From: Adineta vaga
Lineage: Eukaryota > Animalia > Rotifera
DNA: 64,000 nucleotides
Direction: 5' to 3'
NCBI GenBank assembly: GCA_021613535.1
Contig: CP075493.1
Location: 10,540,001-10,604,000 of the forward strand
The notes beneath the pieces were generated by a model. The model was given only the letters and a program-made list of their open reading frames with translations. It made no database searches and was not told where the DNA came from. This document shows, one piece after another, positions 35,310 through 48,860 of the stretch. Made by a program: the position numbers and the translations under genes. The first letter of the stretch is position 1. Every line of letters begins with the position of its first letter.

Positions 35310-36948
35310 TCAACTTGTCGAGATATTAATCACTGAATCATCAAGATTTGTCACATATTTTGGTGGTTGAGAAATGTCTCTTTTTTCATCTCCATTCAGA
35401 TTTGCTTGTAAACGAGTTGGATTACCAAAACTTGTTTCCATTGGTACATAAATTCGATGGCCAAGTGAACGAATAAAAGATGGACCAGTTGATACAAGAT
35501 CATCTCTCATCAGTCCACCGGTTGTTAATGTTGCCATACATGGATTTTGAAGTTGAAGTTCTTGTTCTCTAAAACAACAAATCAAACATTGAATTGATTA
35601 AGTCAAACGATGTTTTCAATATGAAATCTTACCTTGAAATTCGTCTTGATAAACGATAAGTGATAAATGTTCGAATAGCAAATAAAACGAGAAAGAGAAT
35701 GATTAATAGTACAACAATTGATGAAACAATCACCACAAAAAGTCCAATCGCACTAACTATTTAAATTGAAAATATAGACGAATATTGAAACTGAAAATTT
35801 TCATCTTCTACTTACTGTTTCGACATTGTTTTCCCGAATGAAAAAAATCACAATCACATTTGTAATCTCCTGGTAAATTTATACAAGCAAATGATCCACA
35901 AAGTCGATCATTACTAGCACATTCGTTGATATCCAATTCACACATGAGACCACCATATCCTGATAAACATTCACATTTACTTGTAACATTCGAACAATAA
36001 CCTTGGAAAAAGAAAGAAGTTTCTCTTGAAACAAACCAAAATCAAATAATCTAACTAACCTCCATTAAAACATTCATAACGACTATCGCATACACCATTT
36101 AATGGTATTTCTAAAATTATGAAAAAGAAAAATTAATGTTTAGAATATGTCTATGTATTAATTAAGTATGATTGTAGAACGGATGTTGAAGTAGTAAGAT
36201 CTCACGTTTTTGCCGACAGGTGAGTAAACGGAAATGAAGTAAATTGAAGGAAAATTTTTCTTTTGTCTTACGTAATAGAAGAATATGTTACCTTGAAGAA
36301 CGCAACGACCAGTTGTTGATGATAATGCGAAGCCGGGAAGACAAACGCAGCTGACACCAGTTGAATTCGTCAGACGTATACATACTGCTCGACTGTCACA
36401 TTTGGCACAATTTGGATCTTCGCTGACGTCAATCACTAAAATCAATTTCACATTTCTTTTTTTTGTTATTTTTATTACTTAATTGAATTAAAACATTTCT
36501 CTTTCTCTTATTCAATTTCAATAGACATCTTATCCGATAGACTGATGTGCCTGATACCTAACATCTCGATCGTCTAGATTCAAGTGTGTATGTACAGACA
36601 TTGCACAAGAATTCATTCTCACATTCGTACTCAATTATGAAGTGTACGTTGATAAACGCCTTTCCTTTCACGTCCCGTCACAATCTTAATCAAACATACG
36701 ATGCTCGACGTGCGATTTGTCCTTTTCTGGTACCCATATCAATTAAATGTATGAGACAAAAGAATTATATTTTCAGATATGAAATAAAAATATTCGATCC
36801 GTAACCAAAACTATATATATATATTTATAGACAAGACGACTAATATTGAACTTATTTGTTTACCTTGTATATATGTTTGTCCGTTGACAGTTTTAAAATT
36901 AATGGCAAGTAAATGAAGAAGAAGAAGAAGAAGAACGATCGTTGACAT
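35310..36948 (-). CDS. Type I membrane protein with three EGF-like repeats (third calcium-binding)
   Basis: Signal exon MSTIVLLLLLLHLLA, EGF1 CAKCDSRAVC..CVCLPGF, EGF2 CFNGGYC..CECLSGYGGLMCE, cbEGF DINECASNDRLCGSFACINLPGDYKCDC, TM IGLFVVIVSSIVVLLIILFLVLFAI, ~100-aa cytoplasmic tail; consistent splice phases. Confidence 0.85.
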
Positions 36949-37641
36949 TACTTCCAGATTAGCTTTCAAAATGCACATACATACACCGAGAATAAGAATG
37001 ATTGTTTTAGAATAAGCTTGTGTGAAAGAAATAGATCTTCTCTCTTTCTTATTCTCTTGCGCAATGGTACCAACAAAAAAGAATGTTCTCTTATTTCTTT
37101 TCTCCTATTGACCAAAGCAAAGAGAGAGTGAGAAGAAGAAGAAGAAGAAGAAGAAAAAAACGCCAACGAAAGCACTTTTCTCCTTGACAGTGGTTACTCA
37201 AATCATGTAAAAGCCCACTCAATCTTTAATCATTAATACATTCTTAATAGATTTATATGTGAAAATAATCATTTGTTCTGTCTTGATGACATCAATATGT
37301 ATTTCTTTCATCAAATCAAATAGCAAGAACAACAACAACAACAACAACAACAAAAAAAAGGAGAAGAAGAGAGAAAAACTGAGTAGAGATTTGAAGAGTA
37401 TATGTATTGTTTATAAAACACAAATACGGTTTCGAAAAAAAAACAAGAACAGCACAGAATGTTCAATGAAATAATCTCTTTCAAAAGCATTTTAGTGGAT
37501 TTATACATGAATAGAGAAGATTAAAAAATCTTCTTTTTTGTGTTTTTTTCCTTTTCTTGATTAGTAATAATAATAATAATAATAGAAATAGAACAGAAAG
37601 GATTTTCAAACGATTGGTTTGTCTTTGTCTAAGAAAAGAAT

Positions 37642-39262
37642 CTATCGACTCGCACGAGATCTTGAATGGGATTTGGTTCTTGATCGACGTTCTTTTGATC
37701 GAGCTGGACTATCCGATCCAGAACGTGAACGACTATATGAACGACGACGATCATGTGATGATCGACTACTTCCCGAACGACTTCGACTTCTAAAGATCAA
37801 AATTATGTTTACAAATATTTATATCGAATAAATATATTTACTTATCAGCACGTTTGGATGAATGACCATTACCCGTTCGTCTCGAACTTCGACTTCGACT
37901 ACGACTTTTTGAACTTGATCTAGAAAAAACGGTATGTATTTGACAACAAACATACATATATTGCATTCGAATCTATACTAGTTAGACTAGTCTGCAAGAT
38001 ACTTGGATGTCTCAATCGATTCTCTTTTGGTGATAATGAACTATAATGTATGAGAACTATTTAACTTTTTTGATACAAATAATACCAGTGTAAACTAACA
38101 TCTTGTTTTCTATACTGAAAGTTAATAATTAGTTGACTGTTAAGAAAGAAATAAAAGATACCCATTGTCTAATTAGATGACAACATATTCTATTTTCGAT
38201 TTTTCATCGCATACACACCTTTGAAATTGTTATATTTTGCATGAAAGAAATCGAATGAATAAATCGAGAATTTTTTGTTTGAATTCAATTGTTTCGAATG
38301 GAATATCGGATATTCTGACTCCCAATCCAAAGAAGAATTCCATCGATAGACAGATATCGATACCATGAAGATTATTTTTTTTCGATCTAGTCATATGTGA
38401 ATCGCTCGCGCTCGTTTTAATCTCTGTTCATCAATGAACTAAAAACAGATAGACGTTTTTGTATGTGTATTTCGTCTTGTCTTTTTGTTTTGTTAAAACA
38501 ATATCTAATCCCATAGAAAGATTGATTGATAACAATCGTTGTACATACCTCATACGACGTTGACGTCTTAATCGAATTTCACAATCGTATGCATAATGAC
38601 CACGATCTGAAAATGAATAATTTTTATATGAAATTTTAATAGATTAAGACAAACCTCCACATTCATAACAAACATCATGTGGATTAAAAGGTTTCCGTGA
38701 TCGTGGTGAGCGACTACCCGAACGACGTCGAGCTCGACTACTACTACTACCACCACCACCACCACCACCACTACCACCACGATTTGATCGACCTCGACCA
38801 TGAGAAAATTCTACACGAACACGTGATCCACATAACATTCTAAATGAAAAGAGAATCTTCTTATCCTTTGAAAAAATTCTATCTTTTATATTTCTTACTT
38901 GCCATCAAGAGCTTTTACAGCATCAGCAGCATCACGTTGATCTTCAAATTCAATAAAACCTAGAAAAAAAAACTCATCTCTATATTTAAAACAAATTTTC
39001 ACTTCAATTATTTACCATAACCCCATGGACTTCGTGAAAGCCTATTTTTAAACAGATAAAAATTGAAATTCCTTAATAAAACATAATTTTATACTTACCA
39101 AACACTACGTAATTTTCCATAATAACTGAATGCTTTTTCAACTTCTTCTTTACTTGCATCACGTGATAAATCACCCAGAAATACCTAAATAATAGATTCA
39201 ATGATGATTTTTATCTATTTGTCAAATATTACTGTAATTGGTTCGTCTTGTCCTCGTGACAT
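37642..39262 (-). CDS. SRSF7: SR splicing factor with RRM, zinc knuckle and RS domain (SRSF7/9G8-like)
   Basis: VFLGDLSRDASKEEVEKAFSYYGKLRSVW, GYGFIEFEDQRDAADAVKALDG, GSRVRVEFSHG, CCHC knuckle CYECGGRGHYAYDC, RS repeats. Confidence 0.9.
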
Positions 39263-39319
39263 AATTTCTATTTCAATAGAAAATTTTTATCTAAAATTAT
39301 TTATTGTAAAAACAAGATT

Positions 39320-39667
39320 TCATCTAACAAAACGTTTTCGAATTGGTTGGGCAAATATTTGAGGAAGTATTTCATGAAGAAAAATCATTACAACACCAAC
39401 TAGAAATGTTACACAAAGAAATGTTAAAATAAGTATACGAGCAAGAGATTCATAACGATCAGGAGGATCATTTATAGATTTATATGAACTATCATTATTA
39501 TCACGTGGTAATAATGTTAAAACAAGTGTTACTATAATTGCAATTACTAAAGCAACTAAACCAATAAAACGAACTGGTGATTGTACGAATGTAAATAATG
39601 TTAATAGGGCAAATGCAATAACCCAAATGACGATTAATATAATAACACCTGTTCCTAAATCAGCCAT
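39320..39667 (-). CDS. TMEM218: TMEM218 (ciliary transition-zone three-TM protein)
   Basis: 115 aa, LGTGVIILIVIW, LTLLPR, third TM followed by HEILPQIFAQPI; matches the TMEM218 pattern GxGVFIL..W / LLLFPR / HYVLEPIYAKPL. Confidence 0.8.
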   Translation of the reverse strand: MADLGTGVIILIVIWVIAFALLTLFTFVQSPVRFIGLVALVIAIIVTLVLTLLPRDNNDSSYKSINDPPDRYESLARILILTFLCVTFLVGVVMIFLHEILPQIFAQPIRKRFVR

Positions 39668-41736
39668 TATGATTAAAGTTCTTTTTATTTAAAGAAATGA
39701 GATCAGATGGATATGGACGGATAAAATAATCTCTTGTCTTTGTCTATAGCATCATATGTATATAATTTCCTATTGATCCACCATTGTTCTGATGACCTCC
39801 ATTTGTAACCAAGGATGAAACAATTCCTTGATTCGTGTATTTTATATCGAATATTTCACTTTGTAATGATACTGATATAAACAGAACGATTGTTTTAGAA
39901 ATATTTTAATATTGTTGCTAAGTTTGACACTATACGGAAATCAACGATATGTGCGACATCTGCTGACTACAATTGATTTACGAACGATGAGAAAAAAAGA
40001 TGAAATTGTAAAAACGATGTTATGTCTTTTTCAACTCATAAAACGAGAATCAAAAATCACGAGAAGCATTATTCAAGTCGTTGTGTTTGATTCTGTTTGA
40101 TAACCGTTCTTTAATTCATCAAACAGATAACGAACATGAAATCGATATAAAATATTTTCTATACGTGTCATTGTCATTGTTTTTGCTTCATTTGTATAAT
40201 TATATTTAAAGTATTTATCCTATTAAACACAAGTAAAACGTGTTGATATGTAAGAAGAACTCTCTCTCAAGTACAATATTCTCTTCTCATTTTTTTTTGT
40301 AAGAAAATTATTCTCTCTGGATAATATTTTAAATTAATCCTAGATTGAAGATCGTTTATCTTTTAAAAATAGAATCAAATTTGCATGTAAATGTTTTTGA
40401 AGATGGATGATAATTGAGAAGAATATGTGTGTGTTTTTTTTTCATTCATTTTCCACACGAGATCTAATGATATGCTTCTTTCCTTGACGAATGACTTGCA
40501 GTTTTATCGATGAATTTGCCATCTTTTTGCTCCATCAAAAACAAGTCATCACAATATAGCTTCACATAATGTGTGGAATTTTGATTTCTCTAACAGTCAA
40601 TTTTAACGACTAATAATAGATCGAATAGCGAACGGAAATAGACTTTTACATATAAGAAATGGATTTTAATGATACTATTCAATCTTAAATAAAAGCTTTG
40701 CAAAAAAACAAATGACATGTTTTAACCTTTATTATTATGCTCGATATGAATATTCGTCGTATAGGCAGAGAAACACTTGGTTTATCTTTTGTACTATTTA
40801 CTCATTCACATCTCTCGAAGCTTAATCCAATTCACTTAAGTATGAAGTTTCTCGAATGAACAAATACTTTCTATTGACTCAGTAAAGCTTTTGTATGGAA
40901 ACAAACAAATACTTGTCAGATCAGTCAATAATTCGTCAGAGTTATGACATAATTATCATTGTTTTTTATTTTCGTAATAATCGAGCAAGATTAAGATTAG
41001 CTTGGATAGTTCATTATTCTCTCGTTAGGTACAAGCGTTTATTTCATTGTTTTACAACCTCTGTTAATGCGTAATGCTTTTTTTCCATATTTATCTTTTT
41101 AAGTATATAAAATTCTACACAATGTTGTTGACTTCCGTTGTTGGGACGTACCAAGAAAAACACTCGGTTCTCATTAAATATAATAACTATAATAAGAAGA
41201 GGTTTTTCTACATTTGAACAAGAAAAAAACATGAAGAACTGATGATTTGATCATGAAACTTTAGGTAGTTTTTTGAATGTCAGTTCTCGTTTTTTTTCTC
41301 TCTCTCTCTCTCGGTAAATTTGTAATGGTAAATAAACCGTTTAGTAGATAGCATTATTAGTTTTCATGAAAGAAACACCTATTGAAAACATGTCATTTAA
41401 GTCGAGTGTATGAGAAATTGTGAATCAATCAAGCTTATATTCTTGTGTTCAGTCAAATGATAAACAGGCATGTAAATTATAGAGAAAAAAAGCACTTTTG
41501 ATGTCATGAATGTTGAATAAAATATGAGAATAATAGAAAAAAAACTCATCGTCATTGATGCCGATAGGTGTGCTCTTCTTTCTCTCTTTCTCTATTCCTC
41601 TCTCTTTTTTCTGTTATTTACAATTAGAAATAATGATATGAGGGAGAAAAGAGTTTTCATTCATCTTTAGATAAGTAATTGAAATGAAAAAAGATATCAT
41701 AATTTATTTTCTAAAATCTGTCAACAACAATTCATA

Positions 41737-43467
41737 ATGACAAGTTCATTTTCATCAGATTCATTACTTCCCGAATCGGAACATTTACCTAAATGGTTAC
41801 TCATACCATATCTTGTCATATCAATTATTGAAAGTCTTTTGGGTACAATTGGAAATCTTCTAGTTATAATTATTATTTTATTTTTTACAAAATCAAACAT
41901 TCCTCAAACATCACATAATTGTTTTATTATCAATTTAGCTTTAAGTGATTTTGTACTATGCTTATTTACAATGCCTTTAAATACATATCGTAGTTTGAAT
42001 ATTTATATGACATTTCCTCGAGCATTTTGTAAGTTAGCCGATAGTTTTCCAGCAATTAATATCTATGTTTCTTCTTTAACTATTGTAACAATATCAATCT
42101 ATCGTTATTTAGTCGTTTGTTATCCATATAAGAAAATGATTGGATCATGCTCAACAGTAATTATTATGATATCAATCTGGCTTTTAGCCATCGGTGCAGC
42201 TAGTCCATTATGTATTTATTCTCGTTCAATCCCAGCTTATGATGAAGTCGTTATTCGTTCTATGGTCGACATTGATTGTGCTGATTTATTAAATAGTTCA
42301 TGTGAGGCCAAATATTTAAAAATGTATAGACGGCTACATATCTGTCATGAATCATGGCCAGAACGTGGAAATTTGCATCTTCTCTACACAATTTTCATGC
42401 TTTTTCTTCAACTTATATTTCCGATTTTTATTATTTGTATTACTTATTATAAAGTTATGCTCAAATTACAAGAACGTAAGTTATACGAACAATCCTATTG
42501 ATTCTTTCAAATTTTTTTTCGAGTACACAATCACAGCAGGTCACAATAATCTCTCTATTATGTGTTTCACAGTTAGTACTGAGAAATAACTCATATGTAT
42601 TCAAATAAACTGAATCAGGCGATCTTTCTTGTTGAATATAAAAAGTACTTTATTACTAATCTATATTAAGTATAAAAATGCTCTTCTACAGAAAGCTAAC
42701 AATGATTATTTTCTCTTATAAGTAGACTTACTGATCTCACACAAATGCCATTTCGCTGTATCCTTTCTAATTATTAATCAGTACATGTTTACAGTTCGAT
42801 AAATCGCTGTGTATTCACATTATAAATTGTTTTAACATTTAAATGAAGAAATGTTCGATTTTCTTAGGTTTTCGTTATCGATTTCTAATGAAACGACATA
42901 ATATTAATTCATTACGGCATGAAGTTCGTCGACAACGTCGAAATAATGTTCTTCTTCTATTAATTGTAACTTTATATGCAATCAGTTGGTTACCATTTAA
43001 TATATCCTATATTTTATTCACTTATGGAGACCGATATCAGATATCAGGTTAGAAAAGAAATTGTATTTCTAAACAAAGAATTAAAATTTTCGTTTCTAGA
43101 AACAATTCATTCAAAACGTGATGAATTATCGAAATATCTTCCATTACGCTTTCTTATTTGTATGATATCCGCTATCTCCAATCCATTTCTTTACAGTTAT
43201 TTCAATGAAACATTTAAAGATGGTTTAAAACGAATTCTTTCTATTTGTTATCCACATTTCCATCGAACTATTGATCGAAAATCAATTGATCAAACAGAAT
43301 ATTCTAGAACTAATGATGTTTTCAATAATAATAAAATATTATCAAGTATTATAAGTAAAGCAAACAAAAATAGTTTATCAATGTCTCAAACAAGTTATGA
43401 TCCATCGTCAAAATTAACGAGAACAGGCACAAATCATTGTTCTTCATTTGAATCTTCTCATTTATAG
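41737..43467 (+). CDS. Rhodopsin-class neuropeptide GPCR (NPY/NPF/PrRP-receptor-like)
   Basis: Exons 41737-42475, 42868-43047, 43100-43467. GTIGNLLV, NCFIINLALSDFVLCLFTMP, ISIYRY, CHESWP, YAISWLPFN, SNPFLYSYFNETFK. Confidence 0.9.
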
Positions 43468-45670
43468 AAGAAGAAAAAAAATTCCAAGAGAAAAAAGACG
43501 AACACATTTTTTGTTGTTGTTATCAAACACATATGTTGAAATATAAAACTAAAACGAACATTTGTTACAAGTTAGATCTTTTCTTTTTTGCCTTTCTTTC
43601 ATTGTTCAAAGTAAATAAATGTTTTGATTGTGTTTATGTTATTCATCGTTGAACAAACATATAAAGATTCATCATGGCATTGATATGCCCGAATAATATT
43701 CTATATAGTTATTTAAAATGAATGCATTATTAAAATAAGAAAAATATAATTTTCTTCGAAATACGTCAAGACATGCGGACACTGAAGAAAATTATTAGAT
43801 CTATTTTTATGCATTTCTTAAGTGACAAAAGATCATTAAGAAGAAAAACATTCTAATTATGAAAGAGCAGAAGAAGAAGAAGAAGATTTATTTTTATGAG
43901 ATAATGAGCGTTATTTGTAGATGATGTTGTGCTTTTGAGACAAGTTCAATATTATATAATGAGGAAAAGATGTACTTTTAATTGTTGATATTTAAGAGAA
44001 TGAACGAATATTTACCTGTTAATTTCCAAAACAGAACAAAACAAAAATTTCAAGATTATAATTCATTTCAAGTGTCAGATTAACAGTTTCATCAGTCTCT
44101 AAAAGCTTATGTTTTTTTCGAAATTTCAAGGTTAGTGAAATGTTGTCTAATCTTGCTATTACTTATTTATTTTACGCATGTTGCGTTTTATAACGTGACA
44201 TTTCCATAAGCTAAATTACTATCCTTGAAAAGATTTAAAAAAATCGCTCGAGATTTTATTCAACTATAATCAAATTTGAAATAATTAACATATTTAGCTA
44301 CTAGCTTGATGTTGTTCTTCTAGGACTATATCCGTCTTAGAAATCATTACTGATGTGGATTAAAAGATGGGAATTAAAAGAGAAAAAGAAAACGTAGATA
44401 TGCGTAGACAAGGCCAAAATAAATTGAATTCCAACAATACTATTTATACAGTGATCATAACAGACATTCGCAAGTCTTCTTTATGAGATTAAATTTTTTT
44501 TCTTCTTTCGTACATAGTTAATGAAGAAATAGAGATTAATTTTGATGAATCTGTCCATTTTAAATTCTCGACATGTGATGTTATTTTGTGCACGTGTTAC
44601 AGGTACTTAACAGACTCGATTTCGATTTTCGACATAAACAAATTATACACTTTAGAAGTAATTAAAGGTTTGTTTTGTTAGAATTTACTTTTTTATTATT
44701 TTTTTTTTTCAAAATGTTGACGAAACAACTTCGACAGGAAAAGGCATGTGTTTTGAAGAGAGAGAAAAAAAATCTAGAGAAAAGAGAAATACTACTTTTT
44801 ATATTACATTTATATATATATATATACATAGGTGTTGTTAAACTATTAGAGAGAAAAAAGACGAGGAAGAAAGAATAAACTATTGGAACACGTCTCTGTA
44901 ACAAGATAAAAAAAAAAGGAAAGTTGAAAACATCACAACAATAACAAAAGCAATAATGTCTGAATTTAACAAGGTAGGATAAAAAGGAAAGGAAACGACA
45001 TAAAAATGGAAAGGAAAAAAGTCTCGTTCATTGACATCCCGTATTTAGTGAAGGTAAAAACCGCTCTAATCACTTGTAGCGTGACATAAGGAGAGAGAAA
45101 AAGAACTGATGAAGCTGCTTAGAATTTTTCTCCAAAATAAACTTTTCCCTACTTAAAATAAAGAATAGTAAGTTAAATTCTTTTGTATAGTTACTTCCCT
45201 GATAGGAAGTTTTCAAAGATAATTTTTTTTTGTCATTTTTTCTCATTAACTTCAATCAATCCCCGATCGGATTGAATTGCATTGTAGTTAATAAGAAAAA
45301 GCAACATTTTTTTTAACATGTTGTTGGATCGAATTTCACTTTCCTTCAAAACTTTGCTGACGATCGACAAAAGAGAATTTTTGTCTCGATGCTGTTCAAA
45401 TAACCGCCTGTATGCTCGAAGTTAGTTTATTTCGATTAGTTTTTCGTTTGCGTATAAATCGGAGTAAGAATCAAATAAATTTCTTGAAGTCATACTGAAA
45501 GCACGAAAAAGAAGAAGACGACGACGACGACGACGACGACAACAACAAAAAAGAAATCAAATCATCATCGAAAATTTTCTTACTTCTTTCCCATCATCAC
45601 TTCTAGATGTTATCATAAGTATTGATATAAGTGAGAAGATCATTCTCACAGAAATCAGAGACAACAAAAC

Positions 45671-48600
45671 ATGCAATCATCATTTATGAATCCACTCGAT
45701 ACAAAAGAAACACTTGATTACGATAATTTAAAAATTATTACACATCCTCCACCACCACGTCGTCGACAAAGTGGTATTTCATTAATTCCATATCGTCCAT
45801 ATGTGAAATGTTTAACTAGTGTTCGACAACCATTTTCCTACGCAAATGGTGTGGACAAATGGACCATTATGGGAAGAGATGAAACTTTTTTTACACAACC
45901 AAATGCCAGATGTATTGGATCATTGTTAGACGATTGTCATATATCTGATGTTATTCGATGGGATATCGAAGGTGAATCGACGCGTTTACCAATGATGTGT
46001 AAATTGTGGATGATAGGTAAGTAAAAAAAAAGTATGTTTTTGTTATTTCAATTATTAAATTTTGATTCCATATAGTTGATGGAGCAGTAGTTGAAAGAGG
46101 AAAACCACATTTAGTTCAAGATGCTGCCGTACAAGTATTACTCACTGGTCGTAATCTTCGTATGATCGCCGCAGCGAAACAACAACGATATCATCATAAT
46201 CAATCATTATTAACAACGACTACAATTACTACCGATCGACATCGTCGTCAATCATGGCATGATCTCAGTGAATACTATAGTATACCCTATCATCAATATA
46301 CACGATCGGTTCGAGCAGAATTTCAAGAAGGTATTCAATGTGATCTTGATAATGAATATTCCATGAGTAAACAAGAAATTCTCGCTAATGTCGAAGAATG
46401 CGTTGTGAAAGCAAGTCAAATAGAAGATTTTCGACGAGACAATGCTCGACAAACAATACATTATTCATCCATACCACAAGAACACGTTCATATATCGATT
46501 ACAACACAAACAGAGTAATGAATCCTATTCTTTTATTCATTGAATTTTAAAAAGAACAACAAATCTTTGTCGTTTCTTTATCTAGAGCACCATTTTTGAA
46601 TCAATCAACAGCGATTGATAAACAATTTACACAAATGTACAATCTTAATTTAGAAACAAATGAAATTCTTCTATCACCAATCGTGAATCCATATCGTCGT
46701 GTAGTACCATCGAATGAATTCACTGAAGTCTTAACTTTTTATCGTCATGGTACAGAACATAAACATAGATCGACATCAACCGGTGATGATTTTCCTCATT
46801 GGTGGTTACGATTGACTACAGATTTGATACTGGCAGATTTTATTACTAATCAAGGTGAGGAGAAGGAGAGATCCTTACCACCTCCTTCTCCTCGACATGA
46901 TCAAAGTATTCAAACTGATGTAGAAAAGTCTCGACCATCATCGGCTCGTTCATCACGTTTACAGAAATCTTCATCTTCAACTACAACAATTAATCATTAT
47001 GAATTAATTGATGACACTGGTGATGAAAATCCTGTATCACGAGTACGAAAATACACAAATATATTCTCGTTTTCTCTTCATATGTTTTCTTCTGCCTAGA
47101 TTGATTCCCGATGCAGTGATTCTCTATAGAAACTTCTCCTATACGTAATTACAGACATCATGTAAAACAACCTTCATCATCTTCGAGACATTCTGAAGCT
47201 GATTATAATCTATTTGTCTCATCATTGAATCATCAACAACAATCATCAACACCAGATAATCAAAGTAGTCGAACAGAACGTCATCATTCATCGATGAATA
47301 CAACACACGTACACGTACTCGCGAAGTACTGGAGCAGCATCGACAAGTATATTAGCAAGTTTACTTGAACGATATGAAAAATCTTTACGAGAACGTCAAC
47401 GAGCTTTTACCGTAATTAATGATCAATTATTAGATATGGATGATGTACTAAAACATTATCGAAACAAAATGCAAAATTTAGAACGATCAAATTCGGTAAG
47501 TAATTTGTCTTCTTATTATTCGTAAAAGAAAGAAAGAAAGAAAGCGAAGAAAAGGGAGGAGAAGAGAGAAAGAGAGACGAAACAGAAGCACTTCACTTTC
47601 TCGACCTTGTCAGGGCTTTATATTTTAATTTATTTTTTTTATACGAGAATCAATTTTTCTTCATTTTTTACTGTCAATCAAAAAGTAGTTGTGTCTTTAC
47701 ATTTTTCTTCTATATACATTTGTTCAGACCATGGATCTTTATCGAGATATTTCATTGCATTCTGCTCGATCAAAAGATGATCGATCAGTATCATCGTTGA
47801 TCAATGTTACTCGAGATAAATATCGAACAATGCCGGATCCGACACCCCAAGAAATGCTGCAGGGATATGTACCATCACCAAGAACGTATTTAACAAGTTC
47901 TGAACGTCATTGTCGATATATCGATCCACCACCTGTAATTATTCGACCGGATTATTGTAATCTATGTTTCCATGATCATCATGAAAGTTCAGCATGGATT
48001 AAATATAATGAACGAAGAGTTGAACAATTACAAAGACGAATTGATCTTATGTTACAAATTGATGATAATGAAGAAGCTGAAGTTTTACTCGCAACATCAG
48101 CATATCCAACAACAGCAACAGTTTCACAACGTATTGATGATATTCTTTTACGAAAAACACGATATCGTTCTCCATTAATTTATCATCATGAACCTATTCG
48201 TAAGTTTCAAATCTTTTTTCTTCTTGTATTCACGTAAACTATAAAAAAAAGAAGAAGTCTCAAGGTTACTATTTTGAAAATGAAAGCTAGTCAAATATTT
48301 CTTATGTAAAAGTTAGTTCTTCTCGTAGTTTTATCGTTATTCGAGTATTTGTGAAATAAATATATATAAATTGTTTTCCTCCTTCTTTTTATTTTCGTAG
48401 TAACACCTCGTCGATGTCAATATCGTTTACCAAATCGATTAAATCAATCATTACCAGCGACACCTCGTCAATTAAGTCGTACTGGAACACGTTCAACAAC
48501 ACCCGTATCGAAATCAGTTCGTATTTCAACGCGATCTGTTCCAGCAACGCCTCGTGGTCATCAAACATCATCTCGACCTATTGTTTCCATCCTACGTCGT

Positions 48601-48860
48601 AGTAGTGTACCATCAACAAAATTAATCGAATCACCACATGTCTGGCGAAGTAAAATTGATGGAGAACTACATACTTTAAAACCATTTAGTATTCCACGAT
48701 ATTACCGTTTATACAATGATGCTAGTTTTCGAGAAATGTACAATTTTTCTCGTATACTTGATACATATTCAGTTCCCGAACGAACAAAAGACTATTCTTC
48801 ACTTCTCACAAATTATATGTTAGATCAACAACTATCATTTCCAATAACAAGTGCAGCATA
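45671..48860 (+). CDS. Uncharacterised multi-exon protein with coiled-coil and low-complexity segments; model uncertain at 47100-47330
   Basis: Successive ORFs bounded by GT-AG (45671-46017, ~46076-46514, ~46586-47042, ~47330-47495, ~47729-48199, ~48400-48860) with coding-like codon usage. No family recognised; may be two transcription units. Confidence 0.55.

Noticed and set aside
34180-43467. Neuropeptide precursor and GPCR as a ligand-receptor pair
   Set aside because: Only proximity (7 kb, three genes between) supports it; linkage does not predict pairing in animals.
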